From the NCBI RefSeq assembly GCF_902713615.1, contig NC_052164.1:69787830-69851829 (forward strand): DNA of 64,000 bases. The letters are read 5' to 3'. The position numbers were made by a program, and so were the translations under genes. Positions 38,194 through 50,568 of this stretch are shown here, one piece after another; positions within the stretch are counted from its first letter, which is position 1, and the number at the start of each line of letters is the position of its first letter. The notes under the pieces are model-generated. The model made no database searches and was not told the origin of the DNA. It saw only the letters and a program-made list of their open reading frames with translations. This DNA comes from Scyliorhinus canicula (lineage: Eukaryota).

Positions 38194-38504
38194 GTGAGAG
38201 TTTAAATCACCCATTAGCTCTGGGAAATTCTACTTTGAACAAAAACATTTTCTCAATAATGCTTCCTTTGTTGCAAGTGTTGGCACTGTCACTATGGAAT
38301 GGTTCTATGTAAGGTCATTGTCTTCTGGTACTTTATCCAATTGACCAGTCCCATGTTTTGAGACTTGTCAGTGAATGTCAGCAGGTCACTCAATTAAGGA
38401 TACCTTACTGCTGTGTCCAATCACATTTTCCTCTCACCCCACAGCAACCACATAAGAATCTGCAGCAAAGATTAATTTACAGATGGAAAGCACACAATTT
38501 GTCT

Positions 38505-39235
38505 GATTCCCCCATTCTCCTCCCCTTCCCCTTCTTCTTCCACCCTTCATCTCCCCTTCCCTGCCCCCTCTACTCCCCAAATGCTCCTCCCCTCCTTCCC
38601 CATTTTCTGCCCCTCCTTCCCCTATCCCCTCCTCTCCCACTCCCACCAACCATCCATCCCCCCTTGTTCCCCCTCCTCGCCCCACCTCGTTCCCTCTCCT
38701 CTGCCCCTCCTCCCTACTCTCCGCATGCCCCTCATTCACTCCTCTTCTCCTCCCCTCCTCTCTTCAACACCACTCCTCTCCCCCTCCTCCCGTTTCCCCT
38801 CCTCTCTTCCCCATCATCTCTGCCTCCCGTCCTCTCCTCTTCCTCCCCTTCTGCACACATACCCTCTTCACCATCTCCCCTCACCCCTTTTCCTCCCCGA
38901 CCCCCTCCAACCCTCACCTTCTCCCCCTTCCCTTTCCCCCTCACCGCTCTCCCTCCCCACATTCTGTCCCCATTACACTCTTTGCCCTACACACTTACCC
39001 TTCCCCATCCCCCCTCACCTCTCCCCTCACCTTCTCCATCTTCTCTCTCTCATCCCCTTTCCCTCAACTTCTTCCCCTTCCTCTCACCTTCTTCCCCCTC
39101 ATGTTCTTCTGCCTCCCCCTTCACCTGCTCCCCCTCACCCTCTTCCTCTGTCGCCTTCTTCCTCCGTCACCCTCTTCCTCGCCCCCTCCTCACCCACTCT
39201 CTTCCACTTTCACCCTCCACCTCACACTCTCTCTT
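38505..39235 (+). repeat. ~730-bp polypyrimidine low-complexity tract
   Basis: Almost entirely C/T on the plus strand; produces spurious P/S/L-rich ORFs. Confidence 0.9.
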
Positions 39236-40793
39236 GACTTATAAAAGCTAGTCTCAGTAATGGTGACCATGGAACTATCATCGCTTATTGTAAATAATAG
39301 TGGCTCACGAATGTCCTTTAGGGAAGGAAATCTGTCATCCTTCCCTGGTCTGGCCTAGAGTGGCTCCAGACCTACAGTAATGTGGTGGACTCTCAACTGC
39401 CCTCTGGAATATTCAGTTCAAAGGCAATTAGGGAGGGGCAACAAATTCTCATTAAAGAATAAAGAAATAATAAAAGATGAGCTCAGTTAACTCAGCACAG
39501 ACTGGGATGGATCCTAGAATCTTCTATGTGGCGAACAACTTAGGGCAGCGAGATAATCAAGATAATTTAGATGGATGGTATAAGCATGAGGCTCCTCGTC
39601 CATATTGCTATCCTGTGATCTGGTGCGTGTCGATTAGGGAACAGATCCGACTCTGCTCTTTAGCTCTCCAGTGTCCCATATCCTGCTGATTCTCACTATC
39701 TAAGCATAGTCAATTTAATGGACCTTTTTATGAGGTACCAGAGGTGCCTGTTAGATGATGGATGTAATTTATTCAGGAAAGGAGAGGAGAGAAAACTGAA
39801 CAGTTAAAAAGAATACGTAACCTTAAGCATTCATTCTAGGGCAATGTCACAAATGTTGAAGCAGACACAACCCTTAAGGTGGAGAGATACTGAGCTGTAC
39901 AGTACAGGAAAGATCCCAAGTTTAATCATGGTAGCCAGTGTTTTAGTCTTATATTCAGCCTCACGTCAACTGATTAATAAAATGAAGAATTGTCCTGGGT
40001 TCCTGATTGCTATACAACAATTCTTGGATGCCATAAGAGGGCGGACAAGCTCGACTGTGCTCGCCTGCCACAGTTGCGACGCTTCCTCGTACTCAATGTC
40101 CAGGATCACAAGGGGGGGTAATGGAACGGGATAGGACAATCCCAGGCACCAAGTCAACATCTCCAGAGAGGAAAAACTAACGGAATAAGGCGGGAAAATA
40201 CTCGAGAGGTCAAGGAGGATGTTTATACATTTCTTTTGTTTCAACCCACATAGGTTTATATAACAAAATCATGCTTCTACATTCTAAAAGCTGATGGAGT
40301 CGATAGCTCCATTTCAAATCCTGCTCCCTTCCTAAAAGTTCCTGATTTGTTTTCCTGTGTTTCCATTGTAGCTATGAGAAATAGTTACCTTGAAGTATAA
40401 AGAATAGATTATTAATGGAGCAAGCTGGAATCTCACTGTGTGACAGAGTACAAAACCATTAATGAATTAGCCTAGAGTTAACTTAGACATTAACCAATAA
40501 TTATCATTCCAATTATGTTAAACAATTTATCTTAGCCTATTTCAACGGTCATCTTAACCCATTATGTTACGCTTGTTTATGTTGATTCATTTATTTAATC
40601 TGTTTATTTTAACCTGTTTGACCAGTTTATTTAATGAGTTAAACCTCCTTATGTTTATCTTCTTTTCAACTCATTTATTTAACCCATTTTATTTCAAACT
40701 GTTTAGTTCAATTATTTTAATCCGGTTACTTTAAAATGTTTAACTTAACCCATTTGTTTTTAACTTGTTATTATAATCGATTTACTATGATAA

Positions 40794-41008
40794 GTTTTTG
40801 AAATGTTTTTTATTTTTTATTACTTTATCAGACTTACAAAGCCAGAGCTCATAGTGTGGACAGGGACAAACCCCTAATCCAGCTCATTGCCTGCTCCAAT
40901 AACCAATTCAAATTGAATCCAATTCATGGTCCCCACAAGAGACACACTCCAGATCCAGGCATTACACCTGATCTCACGCTCATCTTAGCCAAAAGGCCGA
41001 GAAGCGAT
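40794..41008 (-). mobile_element. U2 snRNA-headed, polyadenylated SINE-like retroposon
   Basis: Minus strand begins ATCGCTTCTCGGCCTTTTGGCTAAGAT (U2 nt 1-27), then ~150 nt of non-U2 body, AATAAA and an A-rich tail; TGATAA on both flanks. Confidence 0.8.
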
Positions 41009-41562
41009 TGATAACCAGTTTATTTAATTGGATCTTTCAAATGCCCTTGTTAAGACTGGGTGGAAGTCATTCGTATGAACCCAGCGACAAACCAAAAATT
41101 ACACGTTTTTGCCATCATCTTGCAGTTACCAGTCTGGTTTCTATGAGCTCAGTTTCTTAGCTGGAAGCCTTTGCCTGAGCTGCAGTTTGTACAATATTTT
41201 CATGTTGGGAAAATATGGAATTCCTCACAGTTCTTAGAGAAAAAGGAGGGGGAATGAGGGCGCCATTAAAACTACATATGGTATAATTTACAGAAGATTT
41301 GTGAAGTGGCCCTATCTCCCATTTTGCTAACTCTTTCCAGAATCTAGTGAACAAGATGTGAAGCCAGTTATCTGTGATTTTGCTTGATTTACCTTGTGAA
41401 TGGATTGGGGAGAAGCTTTATGGATCCTTCGTCGTGTGGGGTTTGGAACTTGATCCATTAGTCTATGACTGGCTGGGTTGTACATATTCTGTGGAAGCAT
41501 GAATGTTGATGCGCTTTTATCATTTGTATCTTTTCACTGAGTCCTTTTGATTCCATTTCCAG

Positions 41563-41628
41563 AAAATAATGGATCTGTAATTACTGTCAGTCGAAACCCA
41601 ATCACCAGCCCCGGATCCAGCCGCAAAG
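41563..41628 (+). CDS. ROBO4: Probable ROBO4-like exon F (66 nt)
   Basis: ttccatttccag|aaaataat...cgcaaag|gtatga, phase 1-1, open frame (E)NNGSVITVSRNPITSPGSSRK. Supported by splice signals and phase only. Confidence 0.6.
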
Positions 41629-41754
41629 GTATGACACTGTCTGTATTGTGATGAAGTTGGCTTTCATCTGGGCACCTTGATTGAATGGGGCTGCAATACC
41701 CCTGGGAAGGGTGGAAACTTGAGGTCTTACTCTGGAAGTGGAAGTGCACAGAGA

Positions 41755-42070
41755 GGGCAGCACGCTGGCACAGTGATTAGCACTGCTGCCTCATAGCGCT
41801 AGGGACCCAGATTCGTTTCCGACCTTACGTGACTGCCTGTGTAGAGTTTTCACGTTATCCCCGTGTCTGCATGACTTTCCTCTGGGTGCTCTGGTTATCA
41901 CCCACAGTCCAAAGATGTGCAGGTTAGGAGGATTGACCATGATAAATTGTACCTTAGTGTCCAAAGGTTGGGCGGGTTTATGGGGATGGGGTGGGGAGTG
42001 GGCCAATATACAGTGCTCTTTCAGAGGGTTGGTGCAGACTCAATGGGCTGAATGGCCTCCCTCTGCACTG
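41755..42070 (+). mobile_element. HE1-like V-SINE
   Basis: Head, V-domain, CR1-type tail. Confidence 0.85.
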
Positions 42071-42689
42071 TTGTGGCACTAGTATTCGCAGGTTCAGTCT
42101 CTCAGTCTCCATTGGTCATTTGGAGGAGGGGGTGGGGTTACTGGTGTACACATGACTAAATGAGATGGGAGTGATAATTGGAAAGTGAGTTGCTCCAATT
42201 GCTTGATGACTCATTTCACATCATTAGTTAAAATGGTATATGGCACAGATTGTCACTGTGGGGAGAGTTATTAAATCTGAATTAAAAGAAATTTGATTTG
42301 TCCAAACTAGTGTGTAAAATGGTCAATTAATTTAAAGCTCACATGACCTATGAACAGCCTTCTCATCTTTCTGTCAACTGTGAAACGAGAGCGAGTTTGG
42401 GTGGACAGTGTAGAGAGGAACTAATTCTACCTCCAATCTCTACTGTACCTCACTTGGGAGCGGTCTGAGAGAACAGAGTACATTTACGATTTGCTGTCAA
42501 CTGAAACTTGCGCCTCATCTCCCGAGCATCAAGGTAAAGACCTAGGAATGAAAGCGAAATGCCACCACGCGGTGATCACAGCACTGAAACCAGATTCTAC
42601 TCTGAATCTTATTAAACCTGGCACAGAATTTCAAATTTAATATTGTTTCAATGTGTTCTTGTACTTGCTCATTTCCTGAGGCATTGACT

Positions 42690-43937
42690 CATGGGTGATA
42701 CCAGCCCTCGATATGCCTCGCTTGGCATGATCCTGGTCAGCATATTTAAATGAGCCATTAGGCTCATTTAAATACCCAGACACCACTTTCACCCGGTGCC
42801 CGGGAGTCGATGGCTGCGCCGATGAGACCTTGACTGGACCGGGTGCCGTTCACCACTGGTTTTCACAAATGTAGACCAGCCATTATGGCATCTCGGGGGG
42901 TCTTGCAGGCCATTTCAGACCCATGGATGGTTGGGGACAGGTGAGAGTGGTAGCCTGGCACACCCCCTAGCACCGGGGCACCTTGGCACTGGCATGCTGA
43001 GGGTATCTGGTTGACACTTCCAGGGTGCCAGGCTGGCAGTGCCAAGGTGCCCAGGTGCCAGGGTCACATTGCCAGGGTTCTGGGCCGGGGTGCAATTACC
43101 CATTTGAGGGACGGTTCCATGGCCACGGGAAGGTTGGAGGGGTGAAGAGGGGGTGTTCAGAAATTGGGATTGGGGGGGGGGGGGGGGGGGAGGGCCTGAA
43201 ACCAGGTGCGGTGGGGGGGGGGGAGGGGGAGGAGAGATCAGGGCAGCGAGTTAAAATAGTGCCTCGATCTGCAAGGAGCCATTCCTGTTGCCGAGCTCAG
43301 CTCTCCAGTGCATGAAATCCACTAAAGTGAGATCTCAGTGGGGAGAAATTCCCTGAGGCCCAGAAAAATGGCAAAGTGCTGGTGAGTAATGGGATGAACC
43401 TGGGTGCTTCAGCCCGAACGGCTTCTTGTCTGCTAAATCACACCCTAAGTGTTCCCACCAGGGCTGAATAGTGTGTGACTTGTGTTCCCTTTGGGTCAGG
43501 GCATGTAAATGCATCACGTGCCCACAAAAATCGAGAGTGATTCCCATCCTTGATGGCGACTGATTCGCTGGGGAAGAAATTTGCGCTGAAGAGCTTGACA
43601 AGGTGGAGATGTTTTTTAACACTCCACTCCCCACACACGCTCTTTCCAGCCAAGAAGATGGCAGAAAGGAGACCTGCTCCCCCACTTTGGGGAAAGTGAG
43701 CTTGATGGAATGCTGGATGCAGTGGAGGAGATGAGGGACAACCTCTTCCTCAGGGTGGGTGCCAGCTATAGTCGCCAGGTCCTGGGAGCAGGTGGCAGAG
43801 ACGGATAATGCTGCCAGCCTCACGCAAAGGACTGGAAGCCAGTTCCGCAAAAAGATAAATGACTTCCTGATTGGAGTTCGGGTGAATCACCACCTCTGTG
43901 GGCCCTGACATCACCCCTGTCCCTCACTCCTCCCATC

Positions 43938-43970
<33 letters not shown>

Positions 43971-46800
43971 ACAATCCCCTAGAGGCCAACCACACCTCAC
44001 TTGCCTGCATCTCTCTTACATTCCACCGTCCATCAAACCCGAACACTTGTATTGGCCATTTTGGGCAGGAGCCTTGCACACACGTGCCACCAACTACAGA
44101 TCCCCTGTAGAACTCACCTCCCCGCATCTCACTCCATCCTTTCTCTGTCCGCTGAGGGATAAGATGGCCCATAGTAGGCATGAACGCCAAAAGACTGGAG
44201 GGGGTATCTGTGAACTGTGGATCCATATCCCAGCCGAGAAGAGGGCCTTGCAACCAGCAGGCGAGGCTGAGGAAAATGCAGTGGCTGAGATGGAGATCAG
44301 CATGCGGCTCCACAAGTGAGAGCCCAAAGTAAGTGAGTACCCTCTCTCACCGACCACTCCATCTCACCATGCCTTTTGTCTTGCAGGATGACCATCAGAC
44401 GAGGTCGGGCTGTCCGTGGTCACTGCTCCCCAGCCACATACCCAGCACACCCTGAGCACCAGTCCGGGGAAGACACCGAGTTCTTGTCACTGTTGTCATC
44501 TGCACCCTCAATATCACGGAGGCTATCACCTTGGTGGGACATTTTAGTGAAGAGGCTCCTGGGTCACCTTCTAGTGCGCACTTCACAGATGTTGCAGGAA
44601 CCCCTTAGGCTGCAGATGGTTGGAGGGCTGCCCAATCCCAGGGAACAGCTGTAGTCCGGTCAGGTGTCGCATTGATCCCATCACTGGTGGAGACACAGAC
44701 ACAGAGCCAGGGTTCACAGGATAGGGTGTCAGCAACATTTCAGTACCTGCAAGTACAGCTGGAGGAATCCAACCACCTTCAGGCACAGGAGATGGTGCTA
44801 ACAATGCATGTCCCTCAAGCAAACACTGAAAGAGTGGCTTCCACAGTGGATGGCCTGGGACAAAATCTCAGTGTCATGGGTCAAGATGTCCAAGGTTTGG
44901 GGTAATCTGTGCGGTCGATGGATGAGGTGCAGGATAGAGGAGCCCAGTCACGGGCAGACATGTCCCAGTCCCACATGCATGTTGCTGTGGCACTTCAGAG
45001 CTTGGCCCATTCACAAAGGGTCATTGCTGAGGGCATTAAGAGCATTGGCCGGGTGCTGACTGACCTTAGCCAGTAGAGGGAGATGGCACAGTCACAGAGG
45101 GACATGTCCCAGTCTCAGTGCTCCATGGCTGAGGGCATTGTAACCATGGTTAGATAAGGATGGGCCTCTGTTACTTGCAGCATCATGTGATGGTGGAGCT
45201 TCTGGAATTCATTCCAACCTCCCCTCTGTTCCATTGAGGAGGGGCCCATGCCAGTCCCTCCCGCAGGGAAAGATCTGGAGCACCTCACCCTTTCCTCAAC
45301 CTTTCCGAACCCCACCGAACCCTCCAGAGGACAGCGGCCAAGGACATCACAGGTCAGAGGGCAAGACACTCAGCAGACCACCAACACTTCTGATATGCTG
45401 TTGGAGTTACACCTAGAAGGTGTGATAGACCACAGAAGATAAGAAAGTTGGCACGGGTATAGCACAGAAGTGATAGTTGGGGGGTTAGAGTGGAACCATG
45501 TATATACTCACCATTAAACACTCTCGTACCAACGGTTCGGCCTGCCTCTATCCTCTGTCTGATGGGTGTAAGGGATGGGCTAGGCCTGGTTGCCCCCCCC
45601 CCCCCCCACCCATTGATATATGGGTGTGTGAGATGGATTGGCCAGCGGGGATCACCCGGACGGACAGTGGAATGGGATCCTAAAGGCAGGAGTCAGACTT
45701 CGTCAAACAATGAGGAGCACCAGAGCTCACCTCATAGCGAAGTCGTCATGATCCTCCAGTGGATCCAGTGGACAAGACCCTCTGATACTGCTAACACCGG
45801 GCCAACACCCTGTGGTGATGCTGGTAGCACCTTCAGAGTGATGCGTGTGACCTTTGTTTGGGGTGAGCTCTGATATCTCCCTGCCGTGGGGGTGTGTTTC
45901 TGATGAGTGCACTGAGGAGTTGCAGCACTTGGTGTGCCGCTGATTGAGCTTGGCCACGCCCATCCCATTGATGGGTTAGCTGGGGTCTGAGGGTTTCCAG
46001 AGGAGTGGCCTGGGTGGGCTCCAAGATGACCAGAGGCTCTGAGAGCATTTACAGGACACAGTCAGCAGTTAGCAGAGTGAACAGCCAGGAGGCTGTAAGT
46101 AACACCATAGGGGTGTGTTTAAATCACACACTGCAGCAATGGTGGTCTGAGCCAGCCCACCCTGAACTCGAATCGAACACCCCGAGCGCATGGACCTGGC
46201 ACCAAGGCATCCCCTGCAACTCCTCCTGGCCCAGACAGCTACCCCCCCCCCCCAGCAAGCCCAATACTTTTGGAGAGTTTTTTTGGAGTTTTCTTAACTT
46301 CTCGCTCTCCTTCAACAGCTGTAGTGCTAAGGCCCTACCAGGGGCTGGTATAGCACAGTGGGCTAAACAGTTGGTTTGTAATGCAGAACAATGCCAGCAG
46401 CGCAGGTTCAATTCCTGTACCGGCCTCTCTGAACAGGCGCCGGAATGTGGCGACTAGGGGCTTTTCACAGTAACTTCGTTGAAGCCTACGTGAGACAATA
46501 AGTTATTATTATTTAATTACTTGCACCAATTTGTGCCCATGTGACTTCCACCTAAGAGGGACAGAGCATTGCGGAGAGGTGGTGCATGAAGTGTCCAACC
46601 CACTGATGATATTTAAATCCATGCAAATGAGTGTTTTGCATGGATCCGCCAGTGCGGGGTACAAACTTCGATAACCCCGCCAGTGAGGGACTGGAACATG
46701 GCGACGGAGCCGGGCGCAAATCACGATTTTTCTGTTGCGCGCTATTCGCCACCCGATCACAATCCTCACTGCCGGCGTTGCAAAATGGAGAACTCAGCCC
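42690..46800 (+). mobile_element. Large degraded Harbinger-related region with a spliced Myb/SANT gene remnant
   Basis: ATG 43658 MAERRPAP.FGESELDGMLDAVEE...WEQVAE...RTGSQFRKKIND (to about 43881); exon 2 DKMAHSRHERQKTGGG (about 44158-44328); further exon from 44387; TIR-like GGAGAACTCAGCCC at 46787-46800. Left boundary uncertain. Confidence 0.7.
46341..46512 (+). mobile_element. Short tRNA-derived SINE with GGCGACTAGGGG tail
   Basis: Same family as 11170-11344; a tail-only copy lies at about 46835-46932. Confidence 0.82.
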
Positions 46801-48023
46801 AGACTGCAGAAACAGCTGGAAGCCAGAGCTGAAGCGCCAAACAGGCGCCGGAATGTGGCGACTAGGGGCTTTTCACAGTAACTTCATTTGAAGCCTACTC
46901 GTGACAATAAGCGATTTTCATTTCATTTTCATGAAGCATGGAGTGGTCATTTTAAAGCACTGTGAATAAAAGCTGCTTCACACATTGAAACTGGTGTCAC
47001 CTCTGCATAACTCTGCAATGTAAACTAAAGGCACTAATAGTGACTGGCACTCACTTGCAGTACAATGACCAAATCACTTGGCCTGGAGCCGCTGTGGAAA
47101 TTGAGTGAACCTTCACTCACTCAACCTAGCAGCTGATGTGACAAAACTGGGTCCTGCCCAAGGACCAGGAACTACTAGTTTAGGGAGTTTCTGCCCCTGA
47201 TCCTGCCCCCTGCTGCCATTTGTCCTCCGAGAAATGTACATCATTTAGGTATCGTTCAGGCTGAGCTCCAGCCTTGCAGGGCTCCCCCATTTGAAGCCAC
47301 TTGGTTTTCTCAGTTGGTTGTGTTCTCACTTCGGATTCAGCACAAATAATAGCTTCAATCTCCGGTTCATGATTGGAGTAAATAATCTAGCAGGCATTCC
47401 AGTGCATTGCTAGGCAGCAGTGTGATATTGGAGGATGCAGTCTTCTAGATGAAGTATTAGATGAGTCGTCCTTGTGGGTATAGTATACAGGGGTTTGTCC
47501 TGAAATTGAGAGCACCAAAGATGTTTATGGGACGTTTCTGAGGTGTGATTAGTCTTTCAAATATCTTCATCCCAAGCAGTTACTGGATTCCGCCCCTAGA
47601 GAGCAGCACCAATTCACAGTTGATCGAGCCGAATGTGACGAGAGTATCATCCCACAGTAACCAGCAGCTCTAGTGAATGTCAGCACAATATCTGACCATG
47701 ATAGCAGAGCTGAGCCTGTGCCCGAGTTCAGCCAGGGTCCAGTTTGAGTGAATTCTAACCTGGAGTTTCTTCATTTACAGCTGTTACATGCCACTCGATT
47801 GAAATGTTTAACATTTAACAATTGTTACTTGTTCAATATGTTTGTCTTAAAATAAACCTAGTCACCTGTGCTTGTTTGCTTTTGAGTTGTCACCTGAACG
47901 CGTTTTATTGAAGTTTGATCACATTATATCTCCCAGTGTTGCTCCATTGGGCCCCCTGTATTTGAGTCTCTTTGCTTGTTTCACACCAGCAGCTGTTGCA
48001 GGAGAGGTTTGAAGCAGAAGAAG

Positions 48024-49347
48024 TGATGCACTATCAATTACGACGAGACGAGAGTAGAGAGTAATCGAGGATTTATTAAGCAGAGATGTGGATCCTCCCG
48101 CAGCTGCTGCCGAAATGGCTGCAGCTCGGAGAGCCTACACATTTATACTCCGCCTACTGGGCGGAGCCAGCAGGCAGGGATCTACCCCGGTACCTGTAGT
48201 ACAGGGGCCTTACTGTAATACCCTCGTATGCAGTATACACAATACAACAGTGGTGACTACCACATTCACCCCCTGTTAAAAAGGAGTCCAGTGAGGGTGG
48301 TGGAAAACTATTTACATACAGGTTGGTAAAAAAATTTTGAAAGAGTCTACAAATTTAGACGGTCGGGCGCCTTGATCCGCCATTGCGAGCACCGCAGGTG
48401 CGGTGTTGATGCCGGCGTTGGTTCGGTCGTCGGTGACTCCGGGAGCGTGTCGACCTCATCTTGATCCACAGGTGGGACCAAGGGGAGGGTGGAACATCCT
48501 GGAGTGGGGGCTGTGGCGGGGTGCACCGGGGGAAGGGAGGGTGGTGCCGGGGCAGAGGGGGGGGGGGGTGTGTGCGGGGACCCAGCTGGTGCCAGGTCCC
48601 GAAGGGAGACTGTGTCTTGGCGGCCGTCGGGGTACGCTACGGAGGCGTACTGTGGGTTCGTGTGGAGTAGCTGTACCCTTTCAACCAACGGGTCCGCCTT
48701 GTGGAGCCGCACGTGCTTACGGAGGAGAACGGGTCCTGGAGCTGCCAGCCATGTCGGGAGCGAAACCCTGGAGGTGGACTTCCTAGGGAAGGCAAAGAGA
48801 CGTTCATGGGGAGTTTCGTTAGTCGCGGTGCACAGGAGCGACTGAATGGAGTGAAGGGTGTCGGGAAGGACCTCCTGCCAGCGGGAGACTGGGAGATTTC
48901 TGGACCGTAGGGCCAGCTGGACGGCCTTCCAGACCGTCCCATTCTCCCGCTCCACCTGCCCATTTCCCCGGGGGTTGTAGCTGGTCGTCCTGCTCGAGGC
49001 AATGCCCCTATTGAGCAGGTACTGGCGCAGTTCATCGCTCATAAATGAGGATCCCCCGTCGCTGTGGACGTAGGCGGGGAAACCGAACAGAGCGAAGATG
49101 GTGTTAAGGGCTTTGATGACGGTGGCAGATGTCATGTCGGGGCATGGGATGGCGAAGGGGAATCTCGAGTACTTGTCAACCACATTGAGGAAGTACGTGT
49201 TGCGGTGGAGGGGAGGGGCCCTTTGAAGTCCACGCTGAGGTGTTCAAAGGGGCAGGAGGCCTTCACTAGGCGCGCACGGTCTGGCCGGTAGAAGTGCGGT
49301 TTACACTCCACGCAGACCTGCCAGTCTCTGCTGATAGCCCTGACTTC
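48024..49347 (-). mobile_element. Ty3/Gypsy 3' fragment: integrase, PPT, 3' LTR
   Basis: Integrase VDFKGPLP...VVDKYSRF...VHSD.G..F.S...YNPRGNGQVER; PPT ACAGGGGGTGAA; LTR 48264-48024 TGTGG...GCATCA. Confidence 0.92.
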
Positions 49348-49349
49348 CT

Positions 49350-50545
49350 CAATGGAGGCAACCAAGTGCCCACATGCCAAAGCCATGACAGCAGTTGGAT
49401 TGTGGATGGATTCCTCCAGCCTTCATCCAGTCTACGCATGGCCCCTGGCAACTCTACCTGATGTTCTCCTGTCTATCTCTGCGTCTCCAACAAGTCTCTT
49501 AGAGTCAAGCTCAGCGGCTCCACATCTGCTTGGGGCTCAGCAGGGGCCTGGCCTCCAGCAATCGTCAGAGTGTCAGAGGCCTCGGCTGTCACTGCCTCCA
49601 CCATTTCCAGACCCGATTGGAACCCCGAGCCTACTCTAGAACATGGACTGAAATGAAGGTATCCGTGCTGGTGGAGGGTGCACGTGATGGTGCATCCTCT
49701 GAGGATTCTGAGACATCTTCATCAGAAGTGGAGTTGGGACTTGGGCTTAGTGTTTGTGGGTAGCAGTACCTCCCGGCTTCTTGCTGGCACCTGGGATAGA
49801 GAAAAGAAAGATTAAGTGATTCACTCAGCAGATTTGTAAATGAAAGAGAAGGCAGTGCCAGTGTGCACAATTGAAAATTACAGACCGATGCTGCCTCACT
49901 GGCTTCCTGGGGGAGTTCTATCTTGTCTTCAGCAGAGGCCCGGCCCTGCACCTCCCCAACCAGCTCAGCGCCCTGTCCTTCAAAATAGGTGAAGATCCTG
50001 ATTTCTGGCATTCTCCTCCAGCCTTGACCCTCTCCCTTCTGTTTTGGGTGTTCTTCTCCTTCAGAAAGCTGGAAGGATTGGTTGTCAATGGGTGAGCAGT
50101 TCAGGAGTGTGCCTGCCTGTGGCAGCTGCTGGGCCCCCAAGTCCTGCAACTGACATGGGACTGAGGGTTTAAAGTTGTTGATCTCGCACCTGCTGGTCGT
50201 GTATGACATCCCTGTGCACTCTAACCTTTAGCCTGTCTGATGCCCTGATGAGAGTGTCAGTTCACAGGAAGACGACAATGTACTCACCCTGGTGAGCAGA
50301 TCATTCTTCCGGCACTTCTGGTCGGTTTGCCTTTGGGCACCATGGGTGATAACCACCCCTGCAAACTCCTCCCAGGTTGCTATGCGCCTTCTGCTGCCAC
50401 CCTGGGGAAACAGCAACTCTGCCTTTTCTGGACGGCCTGGAGGAGAATCCCAGGGGAGGCATGACTCAACAATGTGGCCGAGGGTTGCTTCCTTCCGCTC
50501 AACATTTTTGTGGATGCAGAGTCCAGAGCTCCTGGCCAGCACCGA
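49350..50545 (-). mobile_element. Harbinger Myb/SANT gene remnant (third family)
   Basis: LFPQGGSRRRIATWEEFAGVV...RQTDQKCRKNDLLTR followed by gtgagt; downstream MPEIRIFTYFE segment. Confidence 0.65.
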
Positions 50546-50568
50546 GTGAATTGTTGTCTGTAAATATG

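Noticed and set aside
38358-39251. 297-aa and 218-aa proline-rich ORFs
   Set aside because: Artefacts of the polypyrimidine tract.
40965-41008. Functional U2 snRNA gene
   Set aside because: Only about 35 nt of U2, disrupted branch-point recognition region, no Sm site or 3' stem-loops.
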